From the NCBI RefSeq assembly GCF_001194135.2, contig NC_068981.1:145280669-145326811 (forward strand): a stretch of DNA of 46,143 nt, in the 5' to 3' direction. Positions 26,299 through 36,218 of this stretch are shown piece after piece. Under the pieces are notes generated by a model. That model was not told where the DNA came from. It did not search any database and saw only the letters and a list, made by a program, of their open reading frames with translations. The DNA comes from Octopus bimaculoides. Taxonomy: Eukaryota. Made by a program: the position numbers and the translations under genes. Position 1 is the first letter of the stretch, and each line of letters begins with the position of its first letter.

Positions 26299-26790
26299 GT
26301 TTTATATATATATATATGTATAAACTATTCAGCAAAGTACAAATTCTTGTTGTTGTTCAGTTTTATATCAACTCTTATCATGCAGACTATGACCAAAGAC
26401 CTTGAAGACTTATATCGTCGTTTTATTTAGTTTTACTTTTTACACATAGTATACATAAGACTATATTGTGTCTCTCCTTAAATAAAAACTGTGCTGAAAG
26501 ACATGCGTGTGTCTATGTACGTTTATTAAAATATATGTCATATAGAATGCTCAATACTGACGTAGAGTTTTATATATATATATATGTATAAACTATTCAG
26601 CAAAGTACAAATTCTTGTTGTTGTTCAGTTTTATATCAACTCTTATCATGCAGACTATGACCAAAGACCTTGAAGACTTATATCGTCGTTTTATTTAGTT
26701 TTACTTTTTACACATAGTATACATAAGACTATATTGTGTCTCTCCTTAAATAAAAACTGTGCTGAAAGACATGCGTGTGTCTATGTACGT
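26299..26790. repeat. Identical 224-bp direct repeat (26299-26522 and 26567-26790) abutting an assembly gap
   Basis: Base-by-base identical by eye, period 268 bp. Confidence 0.93.
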
Positions 26791-27315
26791 NNNNNNNNNN
26801 NNNNNNNNNNNNNNNNNNNNNNNNNNNNNNNNNNNNNNNNNNNNNNNNNNNNNNNNNNNNNNNNNNNNNNNNNNNNNNNNNNNNNNNNNNNNNNNNNNNN
26901 NNNNNNNNNNNNNNNNNNNNNNNNNNNNNNNNNNNNNNNNNNNNNNNNNNNNNNNNNNNNNNNNNNNNNNNNNNNNNNNNNNNNNNNNNNNNNNNNNNNN
27001 NNNNNNNNNNNNNNNNNNNNNNNNNNNNNNNNNNNNNNNNNNNNNNNNNNNNNNNNNNNNNNNNNNNNNNNNNNNNNNNNNNNNNNNNNNNNNNNNNNNN
27101 NNNNNNNNNNNNNNNNNNNNNNNNNNNNNNNNNNNNNNNNNNNNNNNNNNNNNNNNNNNNNNNNNNNNNNNNNNNNNNNNNNNNNNNNNNNNNNNNNNNN
27201 NNNNNNNNNNNNNNNNNNNNNNNNNNNNNNNNNNNNNNNNNNNNNNNNNNNNNNNNNNNNNNNNNNNNNNNNNNNNNNNNNNNNNNNNNNNNNNNNNNNN
27301 NNNNNNNNNNNNNNN

Positions 27316-27546
27316 AAATCCGACCTCGGAAGAATTAGTAAAAACATTTTAGACAGGATAATACCAATCGTCAAGGAGAAACTACACGCAAATCTATGGT
27401 ACTACACCGGGGAGGTCATCACATGGTTCCACACCCTGGAGAACAAAAACTCCTTCTCGTTCCTCCAATTCGATATATACGATTATTACTCATCTATATC
27501 TCCTCAGCTTTTAAATAGGGCCATTCTTTTCGCCAGGAATCTTACT
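27316..27546 (+). mobile_element. Penelope-like retroelement reverse transcriptase fragment
   Basis: Open frame KSDLGRISKNILDRIIPIVKEKLHANLWYYTGEVITWFHTLENKNSFSFLQFDIYDYYSSISPQLLNRAILFA matches the PLE RT pattern KS-x-LG-x-ISK...W...VI-x-WF...F-x-x-FDI-x-x-(F/Y)Y-x-SI. It starts at a gap edge. Confidence 0.85.
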
Positions 27547-28036
27547 GTTTCCTGTTTGCCAAAGGAAGTTACCCCTCCCATCATGATCTGTAGCACGAAC
27601 GGACCCTGGTTTCAGATACTACAGGCGTTACTTATGACAAGCAATGATATATTTCAGGAAAAAAAGCAACCAAATACTGAGAATTCTCAGGTTGACAGCG
27701 AAGGATGCGGGCTGTATCCTTAAGAACAATTTTCTGTAGCTAAATGAAATATAAAAAAATATTTGCACAAATATGTTGAAAAGAGAACAGACAACCCTAG
27801 TTGCTGAAAGAAGACATTAGAAAAGCGTCGCATATTCATAGCCTGGAGAGCTATTGACTCTTCAACGATAACATGACTTCAAGACAAAGCTATCGCTATT
27901 GATCTAAAAAATATTACGAGTTAGGGTTAGTTACTTATTTCATTGTCCACTTACACACACACACATATATAACTAAATAATTATATATATAATATATATA
28001 TAATTATTTCGTCTCTAACAAATCAATGTATATGTA

Positions 28037-28168
28037 TTCTTTTCTACTCAAAGCACGAGGCTCGAAATTTTGGGGGAGGGAGCCAGTCGATTAGATCAAC
28101 CCTAGTGCGCAACTTGCACTTAATTTATCGACCCCGAAGAGATGAAAGGCAAAGTTGATCTCGGCGGA
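28037..28168 (-). mobile_element. SINE family 2 (tail A), 5'-truncated
   Basis: attcttttctactcaaagcacgagg...atgaaaggcaaagttgatctcggcgg. Confidence 0.85.
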
Positions 28169-28224
28169 TGAATGTACATGTATTGACAACACCCCTCGTA
28201 GTATGTCTTCAATTGAACATTTAA

Positions 28225-28225
<1 letters not shown>

Positions 28226-28282
<57 letters not shown>

Positions 28283-28624
28283 NNNNNNNNNNNNNNNNNN
28301 NNNNNNNNNNNNNNNNNNNNNNNNNNNNNNNNNNNNNNNNNNNNNNNNNNNNNNNNNNNNNNNNNNNNNNNNNNNNNNNNNNNNNNNNNNNNNNNNNNNN
28401 NNNNNNNNNNNNNNNNNNNNNNNNNNNNNNNNNNNNNNNNNNNNNNNNNNNNNNNNNNNNNNNNNNNNNNNNNNNNNNNNNNNNNNNNNNNNNNNNNNNN
28501 NNNNNNNNNNNNNNNNNNNNNNNNNNNNNNNNNNNNNNNNNNNNNNNNNNNNNNNNNNNNNNNNNNNNNNNNNNNNNNNNNNNNNNNNNNNNNNNNNNNN
28601 NNNNNNNNNNNNNNNNNNNNNNNN

Positions 28625-28694
<70 letters not shown>

Positions 28695-28720
28695 ATGTGC
28701 GTGTGTGTGTGTGCATGTGT
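28226..28720. repeat. (CA)n, gap, (GT)n microsatellite block
   Basis: (AC)n to 28282, N gap 28283-28624, (GT)n from 28625. Confidence 0.95.
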
Positions 28721-28994
28721 AAACACACACACACACTCACACGAGGCATGTACCGAATGTAATGCAAAAATGGCAGCATCATAACTGACACAGGTAGTTC
28801 AAATTGCACATGTCGCATTGGTAGAGAAGCTTTTTCTATATAGTAATTTTTCTTCCTGGGTTCCTCCATGGCAAGCATATGATGGGTTCTAGGCAGAAGA
28901 ACGTACCGTCATAGGCTACCTGAGCAAGTAGGAGTGCAGGTTGTCCAACATCCACAGAAGAAAGCAGGACAATGAAAGAGATTATACGATTGGC

Positions 28995-29340
28995 AAGAGC
29001 AATGCACACTGCTGGATGAAGTTTACAGAAGGAAAAACCAGCATTGAAGATAAACTGCATTTCTTGTGACCATCAACAAGTGATCAGTGACACGAATTAC
29101 ATGCGAGTGGTTGAACTGATTCAAGCTGACAGACGAGTCACAATTTGTGAACTTGCTGCAGAACAGGATTGTGGATACACTGCTTTACAGATGACGGTAG
29201 ACTTTATATATTGGAAAGTGTGTGCGTGTGAATACTTCGGAAGTTAACTCATGATTTGAACGAACGAAAGGTAGAAATCAGTTCTAATCCGGCAGAAATG
29301 TTTTGAAGTCAATGAAGACGCATAATTCCAACAAATTTCA
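28995..29340 (+). mobile_element. Mariner transposase N-terminal (HTH) relic
   Basis: WMKFTEGKTSIED...RVVELIQADRRVTICELAAEQDCGY...WKVCA matches the mariner F-x-x-G-x-x-S-x-E-D...D-R-R-x-T-x-x-E-x-A...K-V-C-A-R-W-V-P region. Confidence 0.8.
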
Positions 29341-29359
29341 AGACTCTTTCTTTACTTAA

Positions 29360-29361
<2 letters not shown>

Positions 29362-29394
<33 letters not shown>

Positions 29395-29430
29395 TGTGTG
29401 TGTGTGTATGTGTGTGTGTGCGTGCGTGCA

Positions 29431-29461
<31 letters not shown>

Positions 29462-29525
29462 ATGTGCGTGTGTGTGTGTATGTGTGTGTGCGCTCGCGCG
29501 CGCGCGCGCGTGTGTGTGTGTGTGT
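29362..29525. repeat. Compound (GT)n/(GC)n alternating purine-pyrimidine tract
   Basis: Directly visible, includes cgcgcgcgcgcgcg. Confidence 0.95.
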
Positions 29526-29834
29526 CGTATCGTAATCTGAAATTTTTAAAAATGCTTGATATATATATTTATATTAAAAAAATTGATTAATCTTAGATGT
29601 ACGATCCTAATTATCTATTGTCATCAAAGCATTCTCAGTAGTAAATGTTAAAATAGAACGTTCCTGTGTTAGTATAAACACGTTTTTCAGTTAAAACTCA
29701 TTGTACAGAAATAGTTGAGGAAAGCTCGCATCACTGATGGATGTGGGGGGGGGGTGAATGCGTATGTATGTACGTACGTGTACGAATATATATATGTATA
29801 ACTCACGTATTCATTTTGCTGTATGTTCTTTCAG

Positions 29835-29929
29835 CCGCATATGCGAAATTTGAAATTGTTATACGAGATTGGCTATGGACTTTCGTTGGTATCTTTGTCG
29901 ATTGCTGTTGTAATTATGGTTTATTTTAG
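29835..29929 (+). CDS. Class B1 GPCR exon: stalk and TM1
   Basis: Acceptor gttctttcag and donor ag|gtaagt. Reads PHMRNLKLLYEIGYGLSLVSLSIAVVIMVYF(R), with the TM1 Y-x-x-G-Y-x-x-S motif. 95 nt, phase 0 in, phase 2 out, in frame with both neighbours. Confidence 0.95.
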
Positions 29930-29998
29930 GTAAGTATTCTTCAAATTTATTGACATTTTCTCTATATGTTAAAGTGCAGCGCATATGAACTCTCTTCC

Positions 29999-30001
<3 letters not shown>

Positions 30002-30089
<88 letters not shown>

Positions 30090-30100
30090 CTCTCTCTGTC
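30002..30100. repeat. (CT)n microsatellite
   Basis: Directly visible. Confidence 0.96.
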
Positions 30101-30118
30101 TCACACACACTTGTATCA

Positions 30119-30640
30119 ACAAATGTCGTCCACATCTTCCTAATACTAATTCGTGAGCATTTATTAACATCACATATCACAAACTATTCAACAAATGCAA
30201 TACAAAAATTAGCTACAGATGCATAAGAATACCATACAATCACTAAACAGTAACATGCCAAAGAACACGCAGTACGCTACCGCTAACCCATGAAACTTCA
30301 CAGGAACAAGGATATGTCTGTTGTATGGAAACTTTACAAATAAGCATTGTCTGTAATACAAGAGTAGCACAAGTAATTATTACATCGGCACCACTAATGA
30401 AGCCTTCAAAGATAGATACAGCACACAGATTCACAGTCTTGAAATTAACCAAAACAAATGTTACGTCCCTAAATACACTTGAAATAAAATGAAATAAGAG
30501 CGAGCTATATGTTTTGAACCACTGATCAAAATAATATATACATATGTGTTGCATTGAACAAAATAAAATTCCAAGCATTTTAGCTGAAACTAGTCAACCA
30601 CGACATATACACATCGATAAGCATATGAAGACCAAAGGTT
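30119..30640 (+). mobile_element. Degenerate Penelope-like element fragment: post-RT linker and GIY-YIG endonuclease
   Basis: Frameshifted translation TNVVHIFLILIREH...YHKLFNKCNTKISYRC...CLLYGN...SIVC...YYIGTTNEAFKDRYST parallels PLE TNxGKxFLxLIxKHF, HKIFNxNTxKxSYSC, CPLxGxC and YIGxTxxxFKxRY. YYIG is at 30378-30389. Confidence 0.78.
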
Positions 30641-30954
30641 CACATACACATAAATACACCCTAAAGAAGTACAATTCAAAAACACATGTCCCCCACTGAA
30701 ATGAACAAATACTTGCTAAGAGCCACACCGGAATCATTTTGTAAAATGGCATTTAAATGGACACGTACTTCATTCATTTTACAGTTAAACTGACAAATGT
30801 CTTTTAAAATACCCAAATATCGACCAAAAGAGCATTTACAATCATGATACCATAGCAAGCTCATACCAAAACAAATTTAACTAAAGAACAACCTTGACTA
30901 AATTAATACTTGGTAATGACTAAGCAACTTAAACCATCCCAATTTAGAAAATAA

Positions 30955-31100
30955 TTGATCCCAGCACTTATATTTTTAAGCTTGGTACTTATTCTACCGG
31001 TCTCTTTTGCCGAACCGAAAAGTTACGGCTACATAAACAAAGCAACACCGGTTGTCAATCGGTGGTGGGAAGCAAACACAGACACTAAGATACACACACA
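30955..31100 (-). mobile_element. SINE family 1 tail, running into microsatellite and gap
   Basis: agcttggtacttattctaccggtctcttttgccgaaccg...caccggttgtcaatcggtgg is the reverse complement of the family 1 tail. Confidence 0.85.
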
Positions 31101-31350
31101 CACACACACACAAACATATATATATATATATATATATATATANNNNNNNNNNNNNNNNNNNNNNNNNNNNNNNNNNNNNNNNNNNNNNNNNNNNNNNNNN
31201 NNNNNNNNNNNNNNNNNNNNNNNNNNNNNNNNNNNNNNNNNNNNNNNNNNNNNNNNNNNNNNNNNNNNNNNNNNNNNNNNNNNNNNNNNNNNNNNNNNNN
31301 NNNNNNNNNNNNNNNNNNNNNNNNNNNNNNNNNNNNNNNNNNNNNNNNNN

Positions 31351-31387
<37 letters not shown>

Positions 31388-31479
31388 CTTTCTTCATCCA
31401 GTTTAAGTCGAAACGGACCTAAGATACAGACCCTGGTGAATATTGCAAGGTTGCATCTGCAACACTGTGCAGTCGCTGC

Positions 31480-32250
31480 AGTGGAAACACGTGTAGGTCA
31501 TGGTAATACGCTGTATTACCGCTTCTTGACCAAGTCATTTATATCCCCTTAGTTCACTTCTACACCCATTTAATTACCCAAACCTGCAATTTCTTCAACA
31601 ACAGCTTCAATCTCAGACAATTCAAAGTCCATTGAACAAAAATCAAGCAAGTATCCTTTCCAAGAAAGGATTTCGATATGAAGCTTAAGCTATAGAGAAA
31701 TCTTTATCCAAAACTCTTTTAATGTCAAATCCCCAGAAGTCGTTTCAAAACAGGCTCTTTTTATAAAATCTTTTATCACGTTATAATTCATATGATGCAA
31801 CAGAGAAGGCAGTAAATGAACTTCGTAAAAAATCAAACTCATGTGGCATTTGACTCATAAGATCATGAGGGTGTTCTGGAACATTGTCCAAAATAACACA
31901 TTACTGAGCCACGTAATAAGTTCCTGATAAATCAGGGCCTCTAGATGAAAGCTCGCTATTAAACCAAGTTTGTTTTTGCTGATATTCTTGATGGACTAGA
32001 CGTTCTCTGAAAAGTACATCAGGAGTGGTTTCACCTTGAAATATTCTGAGGCATGAACGCAGAAAAGTAAAGTTTCCCAATCTTTCGTAGGGTTATATCT
32101 AAACAGTCTGGTCTCCCCTTATGTAATGTACGTCAACCTGACTATTATTTCTTTTCTGAACATGTAAAAGGCGAGTGTCATCACAATTTAAGATCTGCTG
32201 GGAATATAAATTACTCTTCTTCACAAGCCCAATAAAACACGTCCCCGTAC
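31480..32250 (-). mobile_element. Tigger/pogo-family DDE transposase relic
   Basis: Minus-strand conceptual translation gives QQILNCDDT...TLLFCVHASEYFKVKPLLMYFSEN...LDNVPEHP...EFDF...LLPS...LTLKEFW...VEEIAGLGN*MGVEVN. This parallels Tigger QxFNCDETG, LTLLFCANASG, KPLLVYHSENP, LDNAPAHP, LTLREFW and EEIVxLGxxMGLEV in order. Confidence 0.82.
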
Positions 32251-32777
32251 TATTGACGTTGGTACAAGAAGCATAACTCCCAAGTTACTCTTAAAGACAC
32301 TTAAATTTTCACAAATACTTCTTTTCATTGACTCTCCAGTTAATTGTTTTCCTTTTATCCACACAATAGAGAGACTTACCATTTCATCTGCGTTTTATTA
32401 TGCCTGAACATAGCTTTGATCACCAATATACATTGTAGTTTGTCTTTTGTCTTTAAAATTATTCAGATCGTTGATTTGGTCAATCTGTATCCCGCACTAT
32501 GATCACTAGAATTGATGTCAGGTTCTCTCTTAGGAAAATTCTCTTTCTTCCGTTCTATAGTACTGTTCTATTGCGCAGGCTTTGCTTTCAGAAAACGAAC
32601 ATTTTTAGAAAAACATGAAACACTACTCTGATTTTCAGACAAATCTTGATTTTCCTTCAAAGAATTCCATTCGTTCTGTTCCAAATGAAATAACAGTACA
32701 CATTCGAGGGAACACTCTTGACAGAATAGTTTCATTTATCCGTGTAATAAACGTTTTCATTACGTTTATTTTTTTTA

Positions 32778-32956
32778 TAGGCGTGGTTGTGTGGTAAGAA
32801 GTTTGCTTCCCAACCACATAGTTTCGGGTTCAGTCCCACTGTGTAGCACCTTGATCAAGTGCCTTGGCTCAACCAGAGCCTTGTGAGTGGATTTCATAGA
32901 CGGAAACTGAAAGAAGTCCACCGTGTGTGTGTGTGTGTGTGTGCGTGTGTGTGCGG

Positions 32957-33001
<45 letters not shown>

Positions 33002-33125
33002 CGTGCGCGTACGCGCGTCCTCTACCGCTTGACAACTAATGCTGGTGTATTTAAGCCCCCATAACTTAACCGTTCCGCGAAAGAGGTCATAGAATAAGTA
33101 TCAGGCTTTAAAATAAAATAAGTAC
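32778..33125 (+). mobile_element. SINE family 1, full length with internal (GT/GC)n
   Basis: Head ggcgtggttgtgtggtaagaag...gggttcagtcccactg, body gccttgtgagtggattt...gacggaaactgaaagaag, tail to aagtac. Confidence 0.88.
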
Positions 33126-33130
33126 AATAA

Positions 33131-33238
33131 GGTCCGGTGCTATAGTAGAAGACTCTTGCTCAGGCTACCAGGCAATGGAACTGAACCCGGAACCATATGG
33201 TTGGGAAGCAAACATCAAACTACCCAGCCACGCCTGCG
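33131..33238 (-). mobile_element. SINE family 1 head fragment, inverted relative to 32778
   Basis: Reverse complement: cgcaggcgtggctgggtagtttgatgtttgcttcccaaccatatggttccgggttcagttccattg. Confidence 0.87.
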
Positions 33239-33277
33239 ATTATAGATAGATAGATAGATTGTGTGTGGGGGATTATA

Positions 33278-33870
33278 TACAGGATGTTCGGGCTGAATAT
33301 AAGAAAAGTGTTACTTGTATCATGATGAAACATGTTAAGCCATGAGAATTCAGTCGTGGAAAATGTAGCTGGTGAAGTCGTAGAAATTATCCGACAACCA
33401 CTTCTGACCCTTTTCAGTGGTATGGCAAAAGGCCGAATCCTGCTGCCACACATATAGCTTTCCAATAGCAACCCTCTCAGCCAGAGTTTGGCCACAGCCT
33501 CTAGCAGCTTCACATAGCTGTCTGAGTCTAAGACACTGTTCCTGTAGTTACTGGATGAGTTCGGATGTCCGAACGCAGTGAGAACGTCATCTGTGTCCCT
33601 TCATGCTGGCCAGGGCTTCGTAGTCTCCGTTGCAGCTGTCCATATCACGTCATACAACCTTTACAATGTTCAGAGAGCATTGAACAGCAGTCATAATGTC
33701 GGCATGTTGATTCCCGGTGCGAATCATGTAACTCTTTTCCAATATTCAGACGGCTTCCCGTCTTCCATATCAGCTAACTTTCTTTCCAACTACAACTTTA
33801 TTCTTTCTGCTCTTCATGTATTGTTCACCAATACACAGAACTGTTCCCGACAAGAAAGGTAACATAAAAT
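33278..33870 (-). mobile_element. Internally deleted Tc1/mariner element, maT(DD37D)-like transposase relic
   Basis: Minus strand gives DSYVKLLEAVAKLWL and then, after a frameshift, RVAIGKLYVWQQDSAFCHTTEKGQKWLSDNFYDFTS. TIR-like tatacaggatgttcggg lies at 33276-33292. The subfamily call is tentative. Confidence 0.75.
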
Positions 33871-34870
33871 TCGCCATATTTGGCCTGAGCATTCTAGGGT
33901 TTCTGACTGAATCACAACTTTGATATACTTGTACCTATATTTGCATATCGTATGAACTATCGCAATGATATTTAAAATGAAAAACATACGTGAAAGCCTG
34001 CTGAGAAGGTCTATTATTTTAATTAATAACTATTTTAAACTAAAACAAATCTAATTCTAATCAACAGTTATTAGCTTTCACATATATGTAGTGATCATTA
34101 TATACTTAATATGTTGGTGGTGTGGAAGAGATAACATTACTCGAAAGATTAATATTATGTCATTAGTGCGGTTGACAAATTTGAACAAATTTCAAAGTTA
34201 TATGTCCTCGGTAGAGAAGTGTAAATTTCGCTTACAAGCCAAAGTACTGAGAAATTTAGTTACGAGTTACATATGTTACTATACAGTATACATATATATA
34301 AAGAAAATAAGTAAAGTATTGTTAGAATCGACAAAACCAGGCAATTTACCTCCCTTTGAGAATCTTCAAACTCGTTCCTGATGTGCTTATTTATATCATA
34401 TTGACTTCAATGGTGTTTTGTTAATTTTCTTTTATTCGTGCCCATCTGTCCATAAACTTCATTTCAAAATACAAGAGCCTTTATTTGTAAATGTACATTT
34501 AATGTATGTTTATTGCGTCTCTAGCGAACACAAAATTAAACATTTATCGTATGCATCAATGAAATTAAGCATAATATTTTATTTTATTTCACTTTTGAAT
34601 AATTAAATATGATTCATAAATAAATATACAGCCAATAAACCTTGAATATACACTGACCTTTGATGTAATGTGAAATTTTAGGGTTAATCTTCCATTTAAT
34701 TTTGTGATAAATAAGCTTTAACAATATAAATACAACAGTTTTATCATTATAGACAGTCTTCCCTTTTGTGTAGCTGTGCCAGAAATATTTCCCTAACCAT
34801 CTCCGAAACTAACAAATTGACATTTATCTTATCTATTAATTTATTTTTCGCACGTACCGATTCAACTAAT

Positions 34871-35205
34871 GTGGACGCAGTGTGACTGAATAGTTAAGAA
34901 GTTTGCTTCAAAATGACGAGATCACAGGTTCGATCCTGTTGCATGATATCTCAGCCAAGTGTCTTTTAGCATTGCCTTGGGGCAGCCAAAATATTGTGCG
35001 TGAAATTGGGTAGACGGGAACTGTATGGAAACCAACGGGTGGATTGCATCTGTAATTCAATGGTGCAGCCTTATCAAACGCTGTGTTTCACCGATTCTGC
35101 CAGAGAATTACGTTGATAGTACACGTATCTGTGGAATACTCAGCCACCTAATTCAATAAGCAGATTATTCAGTTGAACAAATAACTGACTCCTCATCGTC
35201 AAAAC
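34871..35205 (+). mobile_element. Old SINE: family 1 type head and body joined to tail type T
   Basis: Head gtgactgaatagttaagaagtttgct...ggttcgatcc, body ccaagtgtctttt...ggtagacgggaactg, tail ctgtaattcaatggtgcagcc...gagaattacgttgatagtacacgtatctgtggaatactcagccac. Confidence 0.72.
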
Positions 35206-36052
35206 TAATAGTGATCTACTTTCTATTCGTCTATTACTGATATTTCTGTCGATTTTTTAAAACTTTACCCGTAAACATCGCAATTTCTTTCATACGCAGG
35301 AATTGAAAATATTTTCGTAAACAACTTTCTGCAATCCTCAAGTCAAATTTTCTGTTAAATCGTATTTCACAAAGTATTTTGAAATCAGTTTAATAAATTG
35401 AAAAGCGGAATCTTTTACATACTTCAGCTGAGAATATTTTCTTCACAACTTCAGAAATATAAATATATCTCAGCATCACGCAAAAAGATTCCTTAAATCG
35501 GTTTCTGTGATATTAACGTTTTACAAAATTGACTTTAATTAGTGAAATCGGGTTTAACGACAAAGACGAAATATGAATAATTATAACAGTAGTCGGAAGA
35601 AGTCTTTACACGCATAAATAATTTTAAACTGAGAATTCAGATAATGCCATTATTATTTTCCCCATTGTGACGGCTATTATGAGAATTGCAGATTTATAAG
35701 TACAGTATCGTGAATAGTATATATTTTGTTTTTGTTTTTTTCTTTGGAAAATATTAGTTACAAACAATATCTGTTAAATATGTAAGGTTGAAAATTATTT
35801 ATTGCAACTACGTTTTCTAATATTCACATTTAATAAATGGTTCTAATTAAGCAAGCCTCGTAAGAAGATGGGGATTTTTTGCCGTTATTTAACCATTGTG
35901 GCAACTACTTTAATTAAATATCAAATTCTTTTATTATTTAATTAAATTGTGAAAACCATTAACTTTCTTTTAACACACAAATTGATGTCTGCAGACTATC
36001 GCGCTTCTTCTTTTGTTATAAAGTGACATCTTTGTCTTTTATCTCTTACCAG

Positions 36053-36218
36053 GCGACTTCACTGCCAGAGAAACACGATACATATCAATCTCTTCATATC
36101 TTTCATCTTACGAGCTGCTTTTTCTTTCATGAAAGAGAGACTACTTGTAGAAGGTGTCGGTTTCGCTTCTGACGTTCGTCAAACAAAAGATGGTATTGAC
36201 TTCATTGAAGAAGGAACG
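36053..36218 (+). CDS. Class B1 GPCR exon: ICL1, TM2 and long ECL1
   Basis: Acceptor atctcttaccag and donor ACG|gtaaga. Reads (R)RLHCQRNTIHINLFISFILRAAFSFMKERLLVEGVGFASDVRQTKDGIDFIEEGT, containing the RLHCxRNxIHxNLFxSFxLRA secretin-family signature. 166 nt, phase 2 in, phase 0 out. Confidence 0.97.

Noticed and set aside
27316-30640. RT (27316) and GIY-YIG (30119) fragments as one interrupted Penelope element
   Set aside because: Order and strand fit, but an ancient conserved GPCR exon (29835-29929) lies between them and their decay levels differ strongly, so independent insertions are more parsimonious.
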